The notes beneath the pieces were generated by a model, which made no database searches, was not told the DNA's origin, and saw nothing but the letters and a program-made list of their open reading frames with translations. Shown in pieces: positions 35,639 to 44,317 of a stretch of 64,000 nucleotides of DNA. The DNA comes from Deltaproteobacteria bacterium. GTDB lineage: Bacteria > Myxococcota_A > UBA9160 > SMWR01. How positions within the stretch are numbered: the first letter of the stretch is position 1; every line of letters starts with the position of its first letter. Position numbers and translations under genes: made by a program. Location of the stretch: assembly GCA_032128115.1 (NCBI GenBank), contig JAQBHB010000047.1:32001-96000 (forward strand), read 5' to 3'.

Positions 35639-36307
35639 ATGGACAAGAGACGATCGGGAGCCTCACTTGCGGAAGTCATGATCGTCGTGGCCGTGATCGG
35701 CATCCTGGCCTCGATGGCGATTCCGGCCACGGACAGCTGGATCTCGAACCAGAACGCCGCCGCCATGGCGCGTGCCACGGCCGATGCCTTCCTGATCGCG
35801 CGCGCGGATGCGATCCGCACCCGGAACCACCAGATCGTCTTCCTGGGGGCCGAAGGCGCCGGCGACGTGGCGGGAAACGACCTGTTGGATACGGAAGGCA
35901 ACCCGGTTCCGGTCCTCGTGCTCGATGACGGTCGACCGGGTTCGCCCGGTCAGAACTGCAAGATCGATTCGGGCGAGGCCACGCGAAGTCTGCGGACGCG
36001 TTCCGACAGCGCCTGGGGCTATTCGCTCGCCGGCGGCAGCAAGGCGCCGGGCGATACCACGTCGATCGCCACCGCGGGCGGCTCCACCTTCAGCACGCCG
36101 GGCGGTGCGGCCAGCACCTGGGTCGTGTTCCTGCCGGACGGCACGCCCCGAGGATTCGACGCCGCGTGCAACGTGGGCTCCCTGGGGAGCGGCGCCGGCG
36201 CCGTCTACATCACCAATGGCAATCGCGATTACGCGGTGGTCCTCACGCCCCTGGGTGGCGTGAAGGTCCACAGCTGGAATCCGACGGTGGCCCAGTGGTC
36301 GGACTGA
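35639..36307 (+). CDS. FimT/FimU-like minor pilin
   Basis: Class III signal G|ASLAEVMIVVAVIGIL with E5; ARADAIR and VVFLPDG motifs; first pilin gene of the cluster. Confidence 0.85.
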   Translation: MDKRRSGASLAEVMIVVAVIGILASMAIPATDSWISNQNAAAMARATADAFLIARADAIRTRNHQIVFLGAEGAGDVAGNDLLDTEGNPVPVLVLDDGRPGSPGQNCKIDSGEATRSLRTRSDSAWGYSLAGGSKAPGDTTSIATAGGSTFSTPGGAASTWVVFLPDGTPRGFDAACNVGSLGSGAGAVYITNGNRDYAVVLTPLGGVKVHSWNPTVAQWSD

Positions 36308-36762
36308 ACGCCTCACGACGGTGCGCGTCCTGCCTCGACGGCGGCGTCGACGGCGGCTTCACGCTGATCGAGGTGACGATTGCGCTGGTGATCCTGGCTG
36401 CCGGCCTGCTGGCCATGTTGGCCGTGCAGATCCAGGCCATCCAGGGCGGACGCAGTGGACGCCACACCAGCGAAGCCTCGGCCCTGGCCCGGGATCGCAT
36501 GGAGGTACTGCACCGCGTGGCGTGGTCCGACGCCACTCTCGATGACACGGGAGACTGGACGGCGGCGGCGCAGATCGCGAACACGGTGCAGACGGAAGCG
36601 GCGACCCAGACCGAGCAGGTCTACGACGTGCGCTGGCGGGTGGACGACCTGGGCCTCAACCTGAAGTCGATCGACGTCCAGATCGTGTGGGACGAGCCCA
36701 AGCGCGCCGGCCGCAGCTACACCATTTCGAGCGTCCGCCACAACGACCCGGGGTCCACCTGA
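36295..36762 (+). CDS. pilV: PilV-like minor pilin
   Basis: G|FTLIEVTIALVILAAGLL; start uncertain (GTG 36295 overlapping the upstream gene). Confidence 0.8.
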   Translation: MVGLNASRRCASCLDGGVDGGFTLIEVTIALVILAAGLLAMLAVQIQAIQGGRSGRHTSEASALARDRMEVLHRVAWSDATLDDTGDWTAAAQIANTVQTEAATQTEQVYDVRWRVDDLGLNLKSIDVQIVWDEPKRAGRSYTISSVRHNDPGST

Positions 36763-37745
36763 TGCGATCCGAGGGTTTCACGCTGGTGGAATTGATGATC
36801 TCCATGGCCGTGATGACCACCGTGGGTGTCTACGTGTCCTACACGTTCTCGGCCTCCGACCGGGCCTATCACGTGGTCAACCAGGTGAGCGAGGTGCAGC
36901 AGAATTCGCGGATCATCTCCCACCTGTTGGAGCGGGACGTGCGCGTGACCGGCTTCCTGGTGCCGGAAGCTGCCGCCTTGTGTGGGGTCGACCGCACCAA
37001 CGGTCCGGACATCCTGTACGTGACCGACTCGGACGCCCTGGATCCTCTCAACGTGACTCGAAACGACCTGGGAGCCGCGATTGCGCTGGGCTTCAGCGGA
37101 GGCACCGGCGCCGACGACCTCACGCTGGAAGACGTGGTGCTGGACGGCGCGCCCTTCTACGACACGGATGGCAACGGAACGCCGGACAGCGATTTCCAGC
37201 CGGGGGGAGGCGCAATCATCGTCGATCGGGGGAACCCGGAGCGGGGATCCGCCTGCGGCGCCATCACCGCGGTGACGCCCGGAACGCGCACGATCGGCGT
37301 GGACTACTCCAGCCTGGGGGGTGGCTCGCTGGCGCCGATTCCGGCGGGCGGCAACCTGCCCGACCTGGTGGCCGTTCCCGCCCACCGGTACCAGGTCGTA
37401 GGGGACCAGCTGGAACGCGACGGCATGGCCGTGGCGAGCGAAGTCGAGGACCTGCAGATGGCGCTGTTCTTCGATCGCGACGGCGACGGCGCCGTGGCCA
37501 GCGAGGCGCTGGAGTATCCCGGATCCCCCACCGGGGTGACGTACCAGTCTTCGGCCTGGAACGCGGAGCAGCTTCGCGAGGCGCGCATCAGCCTGGTGAT
37601 GCGCGTGCGCCGCTCGGATCCCCGGTTCGAGCAGGGGCGATTCCAGGCCACCGAGAACCGCTCCCTTCCGGCAACGGGAAGCGACGGCTTCCGGCGCCGG
37701 GTGCTCACCGCCACTGTGCGTCCCCGCAACCTGGGCCACCGCTAG
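36762..37745 (+). CDS. pilW: PilW-like minor pilin
   Basis: MRSEG|FTLVELMISMAV, LERDVRVTGF, VEDLQ, TVRPRN. Confidence 0.85.
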   Translation: MRSEGFTLVELMISMAVMTTVGVYVSYTFSASDRAYHVVNQVSEVQQNSRIISHLLERDVRVTGFLVPEAAALCGVDRTNGPDILYVTDSDALDPLNVTRNDLGAAIALGFSGGTGADDLTLEDVVLDGAPFYDTDGNGTPDSDFQPGGGAIIVDRGNPERGSACGAITAVTPGTRTIGVDYSSLGGGSLAPIPAGGNLPDLVAVPAHRYQVVGDQLERDGMAVASEVEDLQMALFFDRDGDGAVASEALEYPGSPTGVTYQSSAWNAEQLREARISLVMRVRRSDPRFEQGRFQATENRSLPATGSDGFRRRVLTATVRPRNLGHR

Positions 37746-37755
37746 GAGACCCGCC

Positions 37756-38256
37756 ATGCATCCCCCCCGCCACCGCGAAAGTGGATCGGCGCTCTTCGTG
37801 ACCATGATGATGCTGATCCTGATGACCGGCATGGCGATGGCCGCGCTGGACACGGTGACCCGCGACCAGCAGGTCGCCGGCTTCCAGAATCGGGTGACCT
37901 CGTCGTTCTACGCCGCCGAGGCCGGCGCTTCCGAAGCCCGCAATCTGGTGCGCGGCGTGGGCGATCGCACCGAGGCGCCCGCCTTCCACGCACCGGAATC
38001 GCCCGCCACGCTGGGCGACGCCGGAATCTACCAGTATGGGCTTCCCACCTATTACGGAGATCCGGCGGTGCTTCCCGATCCACCCATCCGCTATGTGGCC
38101 GACGGTGAGCCCTACTCCAACGGGGGCAACCTGCAGATGAAGGGCCAGCGCTTCGTCGAAACCCAGTGGCAGATCAACGTAGTGGGCAGCACGGCCGCGG
38201 GAGCGTCGACGCGAGTCGAGGTGATGGCCACCAAGATCCTGAGCCGGGGGTACTGA
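37756..38256 (+). CDS. pilX: PilX-like minor pilin
   Basis: ESG|SALFVTMMMLILM lacking E5; FYAAEAG motif. Confidence 0.85.
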   Translation: MHPPRHRESGSALFVTMMMLILMTGMAMAALDTVTRDQQVAGFQNRVTSSFYAAEAGASEARNLVRGVGDRTEAPAFHAPESPATLGDAGIYQYGLPTYYGDPAVLPDPPIRYVADGEPYSNGGNLQMKGQRFVETQWQINVVGSTAAGASTRVEVMATKILSRGY

Positions 38257-38259
38257 GCC

Positions 38260-41200
38260 GTGGATTCGCTCCACTCGAGACGAGCTGCGCGCGCGCGACT
38301 GGCATTCCTGGCCGTCGTCATCGGTCTGGTATTTCCGGGCGGGTCGGGACTTGCCGATGACACGGACCTGTTCTCGACGGCCGTGGCCCCGAATGTCCTG
38401 TTGGTGATCGACAACTCCGGGTCGATGAACCACCTGGTGTGGCACGAGGCCTACGACGCCTCACTCACGCCCACCTGTGACTATTACGACAACGGCCTGA
38501 GCTACGGCTACACCTCGGACTCGACGCTCACGCACTGCGGCAAATCGATCGTGCTCTACCACGATCCCGAGACGCTCCCCAACAATACGCGCATCACCGG
38601 GCGTTACCTGAACTGGCTCTTCAGCCCCGAGTCGACTCCCTACCAGGGCGAGATCGAGGGCGCCAACAACGGCAGCTACTCCACCTGCGTAGGCGGCGGC
38701 AGCTTCCACCGCTACCGCCGCTCGCGCATCACCGCTGCCAAGGACATCCTGCGAGACGTGATCTGCCAGGTGAACGCCGCGGGCGCCGTGCGTTTCGGCC
38801 TGGCCCAGTTTCGGGTGGCGGGCGATCCCAACGGTGGCTACGTGCGCGTGCCCATCGACGACTACACGGCCGCCCACGCCAGTGCCCTGGACGCCGCCAT
38901 CGACGTGGTGGACGCCAACACCTGGACGCCGCTGGGTGAGACCCTGTTCCAGGCCTACACTTACTTCATGAGCCGCGACGCCGGCGATCGACCTTTTGGT
39001 GCGGACGGCAGCACCCGTTTTCCCGAGTACGTGTACACCACCAGCGACAGCAACGAGGGCGGACCCTACAGCGCCTCGGGTGCTCCCACGGTGCCCGACA
39101 GCCCGGTGCAGTTCTGGTGCCAGAAGAACTTCGTCGTGATCATCACCGACGGCGAGCCCGCCAGGGACGACTTCGACGTGTCGACCCCCACCAACCAGGC
39201 TCAGGGCTTCGGCGATTTCGACGACTTGATCGGAGACTACAACCCGGATGGAGAGGGCGAGGAGCCCGGGGGCTTCCCGGGCTGCTCGGGCTGCGAGACG
39301 GCGCTGTACCTGGACGACATCGCCATGTTCATGCAGAAAAACGACTTCCGACCCGACGTCCCGGGTGACCAGGTGATCGACACCTACACGGTGGGATTCA
39401 CCACATCGGCGTTTGCCAACGCCGTCCTCGAGAAGACCGCCCAGGTGGGCAACGGACTCTTCTTCTACAGCAACGACGCGGAAGAGCTCTCCGCGGCGAT
39501 CGTTTCGGCCATCACCGACATCATCAAGAAATCCCAGTCCTTTACTGCGGCCACGGTGCCCGCCGCCCGTACGTCGGCGGATGGCAACCTCTTCACCAGC
39601 TCGTTCGTGCCGGCGAACGTACCCTACTGGGAGGGTCACCTGGAGAGCTACCGGATCACCGCGGCGGGCGAGATTCACGACGCCAACGGTGTATGCGCCC
39701 TGGACGACGCCACACCGGGCGAGTGCTTCGACGGTCCTTTCCTCTCCTCGGCGGTGCCGTTCTGGGATGCGGGGGAGGAGGTGCCAGCGCCCGGGAGCCG
39801 CAGCCTCTACACCACGTTGCCCGGGGTGAGCGGCCGGGTCGGCTTCGACAACGGCCTGTCGGCGGCCAACCTGGGCGTCGTGTTCCCACCCGGGGCCGCG
39901 TACCCGGGCAGCACGGCCCTGAACGCCGAGGGCCTGACCGACGAGATCGTGCAGAACGTGCGCGGTTGCGAGCTGGGGACCGGCGCGCCCGACGACGTTT
40001 CGAATCCCCGGGCCTGTCTGGCGCGACCCTGGCGCCTGGGTGACATCTTCCACTCGAGCCCGGTGCTGGTGGGAAGCCCCGCGTCGTTCCTGCCCGATCT
40101 CAGCTACAAGGGATTCGAGGGGCTTTACGGGCGCACGGCGCCCGGAGGTCCGCGGCCGCGCGTTCTCTACGCGGGCGCCAACGACGGCTTCCTGCGCGGC
40201 TTCCTGGCGGGCAGCTGGGATACGACGGCCTCGCCTCCCGCCTATGACCGGGGCACCGGGGAGGAGTTGTTCGGCTTCATGCCGTGGCCCGCCCGCCAGA
40301 AGATCCGCCAGCTGCCGTTGGACACGGGCAACCGCGATCAATACTTCGTGGATGGCTCGCCCTCGGTGGCGGACGTCTGGCTCTACTCGAATCCCCGGGT
40401 CAACACCAAGGTCTGCAACAATGCGATCGATTGCGAGTGGCATACGCTGCTGGTCAGCGGCCTGCGCGAGGGGGGCGCCGCCTATCACGCCCTGGACATC
40501 AGCGACCCGACGGCGGCAGGCTATCCGGGCGTGCTCTGGGAATTCCCGCGCGAAGATGATGCCAGCGGCGTCCAGGACTTCGTGGGGGAGACCTGGTCCG
40601 AGCCCATCCTCACGAAGATCCGTGTGCAGGTAGGAGTCGACGACAACGGCGGCGCCGGCTTCGAGCGCTGGGTGGCGATCTTCGCCGGCGGCTACCACCC
40701 GAACGGTGATCCCAACGACCACGCCGCCTACGACCCGAACGCCAGCGAAGGGCGAGCGATCTTCGTGGTGGACCTGACCTCGGGTCGGGTGATCGCCGAA
40801 AAGCGCCTGGACCTCTCGGCGTTTCCTGGCGATCCGGTGGGCGACATGCGCTTCGCCCTGGCAGCGACGCCCGCCGTTTTCGATCTGGACTTCGACGGCT
40901 TCGCCGACGTCATCTACGTGGGCGATCTGGGCGGCAACGTCTGGAAGTGGGTGATCGGCGCGATCGGCGAGGATCGGGTCAACGATGCCACGGGCCTCAC
41001 CAGCCAGCCCGCCTGGCCCTTCAGGAAGTTCTTCCAAGCGCCCAGCTACGACGACGGCTCCAACGTGTTCTACAAGAGCTTCTTCTTCGCTCCGGCGGCG
41101 ACCCTGAAGAACCACAAGCTGTGGCTCGCGTTCGGCAGCGGCGAGCGGGCGAATCTGCGCTTCCTCGGCGACACCACTACCCCCGCCGACAACAACCGCT

Positions 41201-41718
41201 TCTACGCCGTGCGCGACATCGATCCCCATGAGGCCAGCGCCGTTCCGGAGGCCACGCTCTCGGAGCTCGATCTGCTTGACGTGACGGCGGACCAGAGCTG
41301 CGCCGATGTGACGGCCTACCGGGGTTACTTCTTCATCACCGAAGAGGGTGAGAAGTTCGTGACCGATGTGGACCTGTTCGTGCACCAGGTGCTTGCGGCG
41401 ACCTTCACTCCCAGCACCACCGTGGAGCCCTGCGAGGCCAGTGGCAACGCCGCCCTCTACGTGTTCAAGATCGACTGCGGCCAGGGCTTCTTTGACGACG
41501 GCCTGGGCAACGATGTCCGCAAGGTCGACCTGGGCGCCGGAATTCCCAGCACGCCCAGGATCAGCATCGGAACCCAGGGCGACTCCAGCAACCGGGTGAT
41601 CATCACCACCACCGGCACGGGAAGCTCGGGCTCCAACATCGAGATCGAAAACCTGCAGGCGCCCCCGGGCTTCGACTCGGGACTGCGACAGTTCTACTGG
41701 AGGGAGCTCACCCAGTGA
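38260..41718 (+). CDS. pilY1: PilY1/PilC type IV pilus tip adhesin with vWA domain
   Basis: Signal peptide, MIDAS DNSGS...TPL...ITDG, LGDIFHSSP, YAGANDGFL, YFVDGSP, Ca-binding DLDFDGFAD, C-terminal YWRE. Confidence 0.93.
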   Translation: MDSLHSRRAARARLAFLAVVIGLVFPGGSGLADDTDLFSTAVAPNVLLVIDNSGSMNHLVWHEAYDASLTPTCDYYDNGLSYGYTSDSTLTHCGKSIVLYHDPETLPNNTRITGRYLNWLFSPESTPYQGEIEGANNGSYSTCVGGGSFHRYRRSRITAAKDILRDVICQVNAAGAVRFGLAQFRVAGDPNGGYVRVPIDDYTAAHASALDAAIDVVDANTWTPLGETLFQAYTYFMSRDAGDRPFGADGSTRFPEYVYTTSDSNEGGPYSASGAPTVPDSPVQFWCQKNFVVIITDGEPARDDFDVSTPTNQAQGFGDFDDLIGDYNPDGEGEEPGGFPGCSGCETALYLDDIAMFMQKNDFRPDVPGDQVIDTYTVGFTTSAFANAVLEKTAQVGNGLFFYSNDAEELSAAIVSAITDIIKKSQSFTAATVPAARTSADGNLFTSSFVPANVPYWEGHLESYRITAAGEIHDANGVCALDDATPGECFDGPFLSSAVPFWDAGEEVPAPGSRSLYTTLPGVSGRVGFDNGLSAANLGVVFPPGAAYPGSTALNAEGLTDEIVQNVRGCELGTGAPDDVSNPRACLARPWRLGDIFHSSPVLVGSPASFLPDLSYKGFEGLYGRTAPGGPRPRVLYAGANDGFLRGFLAGSWDTTASPPAYDRGTGEELFGFMPWPARQKIRQLPLDTGNRDQYFVDGSPSVADVWLYSNPRVNTKVCNNAIDCEWHTLLVSGLREGGAAYHALDISDPTAAGYPGVLWEFPREDDASGVQDFVGETWSEPILTKIRVQVGVDDNGGAGFERWVAIFAGGYHPNGDPNDHAAYDPNASEGRAIFVVDLTSGRVIAEKRLDLSAFPGDPVGDMRFALAATPAVFDLDFDGFADVIYVGDLGGNVWKWVIGAIGEDRVNDATGLTSQPAWPFRKFFQAPSYDDGSNVFYKSFFFAPAATLKNHKLWLAFGSGERANLRFLGDTTTPADNNRFYAVRDIDPHEASAVPEATLSELDLLDVTADQSCADVTAYRGYFFITEEGEKFVTDVDLFVHQVLAATFTPSTTVEPCEASGNAALYVFKIDCGQGFFDDGLGNDVRKVDLGAGIPSTPRISIGTQGDSSNRVIITTTGTGSSGSNIEIENLQAPPGFDSGLRQFYWRELTQ

Positions 41719-42089
41719 GAGACACACACCCCGTGAAGGCTTCGATTCGATTTCTTTCGCTCGCCGTGGGCGTGGCCCTGGCGCTCGGAGTCGGGGGCGC
41801 CGCCCCGGCCCGTGCCGAGCCCGAGACCGGGGTTTCCCTCGTGATGGCGACCGATCCGGTGATGGGAACCGTGACGCTCGAGGGCGGGCGTGTCTACCGG
41901 GTGACCGCCTCCACCTGGATCCTCGATGCCAGTGGGCGCAAGCTGGGGCTCTCGCAGGTGCCCGTGGCCCACCGGGAGGGGCCCCTGGCGGTGATCTCCC
42001 CGGAGGCGACGGTTCGTTACGAGGCCGATGTGTCGGACTCGCGCCGGGTTCTCTACGGCATGCAGCTGGGCGATGCGCTCTCCCAGTAA
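41715..42089 (+). CDS. Small exported protein, PilY2-like
   Basis: GTGA overlap with pilY1; signal peptide ending ARA; beta-rich pattern similar to recalled P. aeruginosa PilY2. Confidence 0.55.
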   Translation: MRDTHPVKASIRFLSLAVGVALALGVGGAAPARAEPETGVSLVMATDPVMGTVTLEGGRVYRVTASTWILDASGRKLGLSQVPVAHREGPLAVISPEATVRYEADVSDSRRVLYGMQLGDALSQ

Positions 42090-42560
42090 CTACTTGCACT
42101 CGTAGGCTTCGGAGATGCGCGTGAGGCCGGCCACGACTCCGTCCCGGTCGTAGTCGAAGCGCCAGATCCCGGTCATGCCGGGAATCGGGGCCAGGGCCGA
42201 TTCGCCCCGCGCCGAGAGACTGCCCGATGTCTTGAGAGCCTCCGTGGCTGCCGACTGCAGGAGGGTGAGGGCGCTCGCCGAGTCCATGTCGGCCTTGAGC
42301 TCGCCGAGCATTCCGTTCGACTGCTCGATGGAGAAGTCGTTCTTCGCGAGCCAGGCCCGGGGCTGCACCGTGTAGCCGCGCTGGTAGTTCGGTACGAAAA
42401 CCACCTGGGTGGTTTCGCAGGTGACGACCAGCAACGCCTGTGGATCGTAGTAGCGGATGCCGGGACGTTCATTGTCGTCGTACGACACCGGGCGCACCTG
42501 GGTACTGGCGCAGCCCAGCGAGAGCAGAAGGGCTGTGAGGATCGCGTTTCGACTCGTCAT
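42090..42560 (-). CDS. Putative lipoprotein, unknown function
   Basis: MTSRNAILTALLLSLGC lipobox; ATGA overlap with the Rieske gene stop. Confidence 0.7.
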   Translation of the reverse strand: MTSRNAILTALLLSLGCASTQVRPVSYDDNERPGIRYYDPQALLVVTCETTQVVFVPNYQRGYTVQPRAWLAKNDFSIEQSNGMLGELKADMDSASALTLLQSAATEALKTSGSLSARGESALAPIPGMTGIWRFDYDRDGVVAGLTRISEAYECK

Positions 42561-43855
42561 TTGCCCACGTACCCCATCAGTGTGTCGTGGAAGTGGCGGA
42601 TCCGCCGCTCGTGCTCCGCCAGCGTCAGTGTCTCGAAGGCGCGCGAGCGCATGCCGGCCTGGATGCCAGGCAGGTTGTGCATGTCTTCGTCGAGCACGTT
42701 GCCGCCGGGCGTCATGTCGGCGATCCGGAATTCCTTCGAATCGTGGTGCTCGTGCTCGGGCCGAGGCACGTCGAATCCGCGCAGCCACACGAAGTTCAGG
42801 AAGTCGAAATACATGCGGTTCGGGTCGCTCTCGTGGGGGCGGTGCCGGAAGAGCCAGAAGCCGCGGGCGTGGATGTTGAGGGTGATGTTGGGGAAGATCG
42901 TGTAGTGGAGATCGTCCACCAGCTGTGAGTCGTGGAGATCGTCGAAGTCGATTCCCTGGAGGGAGCCCATTTTTTGCCGCATGGAGCGGATCAGCGCTTC
43001 GCGCACGTCGGACGCCACGCCCTGGAAGCCGTCGGGATCCACGCCGTGGGTCCGCATCACGGTCTCGCGCAGGCTCCGGGAGAGGGTCTCCCGATCGGCG
43101 AGCCGGGGGCTGATGGATCCGATCTTGTAGATGAAGCGCGAGTGGCGGTCGTAGCAGTCGATCTGCACGTCTACGTCATCGGAGTAGCTGAGCAGGTCCG
43201 GGTGGGTGGCCTGGACGTGATAGACCTCGTTGAAGGCATCGACGCAGGTCTTCCAGTTGCAGGCGATCTCCAGCGTGACGTCGCCCACGATCGTCTGCTC
43301 GTCGAAGTGATAGGCGTCCAGGTGTTCGGGAACCACGCCCAGGTATTCGCGCAGGGGCGTGGCGTCGGGGTCCAGATTGACCCACAGGAAGCCTCCCCAG
43401 GTGTCGCAGCGCACCGGGCGCAGTCCCCGGGTCGCAGGGTCGAGCCCGTTGAAGCGCTCGGCATCGGTCACGGTTACAAGGCTTCCGTCGCGCCCGTAGA
43501 CCCAGCCGTGGAAGAGACAGCGGAAGAGAGCGGCGTTGCCGCGTCCGGGCTCCACCAGGCGATTGCCCCGGTGCTGACACACGTTGTAGTGGGCGCGCAC
43601 GCTGCCATCGGGCTGTCGCACCATCAGGATCGATTCCGGCCCGATCTCGAACGTGGCGTAGTCGCCGGGCTCCGGCAGATCCGACTCCCGCGCGGCCAGT
43701 AGCCACGTGCGCGTCCAGACCCCCTCCCACTCTCGCTGCATGAATTCGGGCGAGGTGTATCGGGTCTTGGGGATGGGGCCGCTGCCGTAGGCCGGCTCGG
43801 GCGCCTTCTCGAGCGGGGTGCGCGGGCGGGAGGTGGATTGCCGCTCTGACGTCAT
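42557..43855 (-). CDS. Rieske non-heme iron oxygenase alpha subunit
   Basis: NVCQHRG and CLFHGW Rieske ligands; NWK...EVYHVQATH...ED mononuclear iron site. Confidence 0.93.
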   Translation of the reverse strand: MTSERQSTSRPRTPLEKAPEPAYGSGPIPKTRYTSPEFMQREWEGVWTRTWLLAARESDLPEPGDYATFEIGPESILMVRQPDGSVRAHYNVCQHRGNRLVEPGRGNAALFRCLFHGWVYGRDGSLVTVTDAERFNGLDPATRGLRPVRCDTWGGFLWVNLDPDATPLREYLGVVPEHLDAYHFDEQTIVGDVTLEIACNWKTCVDAFNEVYHVQATHPDLLSYSDDVDVQIDCYDRHSRFIYKIGSISPRLADRETLSRSLRETVMRTHGVDPDGFQGVASDVREALIRSMRQKMGSLQGIDFDDLHDSQLVDDLHYTIFPNITLNIHARGFWLFRHRPHESDPNRMYFDFLNFVWLRGFDVPRPEHEHHDSKEFRIADMTPGGNVLDEDMHNLPGIQAGMRSRAFETLTLAEHERRIRHFHDTLMGYVGK

Positions 43856-43874
43856 GCGCCCATCCTATCCCGGG

Positions 43875-44204
43875 TCAGTGGCTGCGGTCCTTGTTCGGCG
43901 CGTAGATTCCATCTCGCAACTCGCCGAACAGGTTCGAGACCTTGGGGTGTCTCACGGGCTCGCCGGTCTCGTCGGGCAGTAGATTCTGCTCGGATACGTA
44001 GGCCACGTAGTAGGTGGTTTCGCGCTCGGCCAGCAGGTGATAATAGGGCTGGTCCTTGTGGGGCCGGATCTCCTCGGGGATCGACTGCCACCACTCCTCG
44101 GTGTTGTTGAAGGTCGGATCCACGTCCACCACCACGCCGCGAAAAGGAAAGAAGCGGTGGCGAACGACCTGACCGATCATGTATTTGGCATCGCGATCCA
44201 GCAA
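43875..44204 (-). CDS. hspQ: Heat shock protein HspQ (YccV-like)
   Basis: IGQVVRHRFFPFRGVVVDVDP, DQPYYHLLAE, YVSEQNL; start TTG 44204 or ATG 44180. Confidence 0.9.
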   Translation of the reverse strand: MLDRDAKYMIGQVVRHRFFPFRGVVVDVDPTFNNTEEWWQSIPEEIRPHKDQPYYHLLAERETTYYVAYVSEQNLLPDETGEPVRHPKVSNLFGELRDGIYAPNKDRSH

Positions 44205-44317
44205 GGGAACTCTCGATTGCGGACAATCTACCAGATGCGCGCCGAGGTGGCTCTTGGAGTACCTGGAGTGTACGCCCTCGAGCAGGGAAGCGGCGCCGTA
44301 GGGTTTCGCCCGGCGCG

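Noticed and set aside
38461..42099. 1212-aa minus-strand ORF
   Set aside because: Antisense shadow of pilY1
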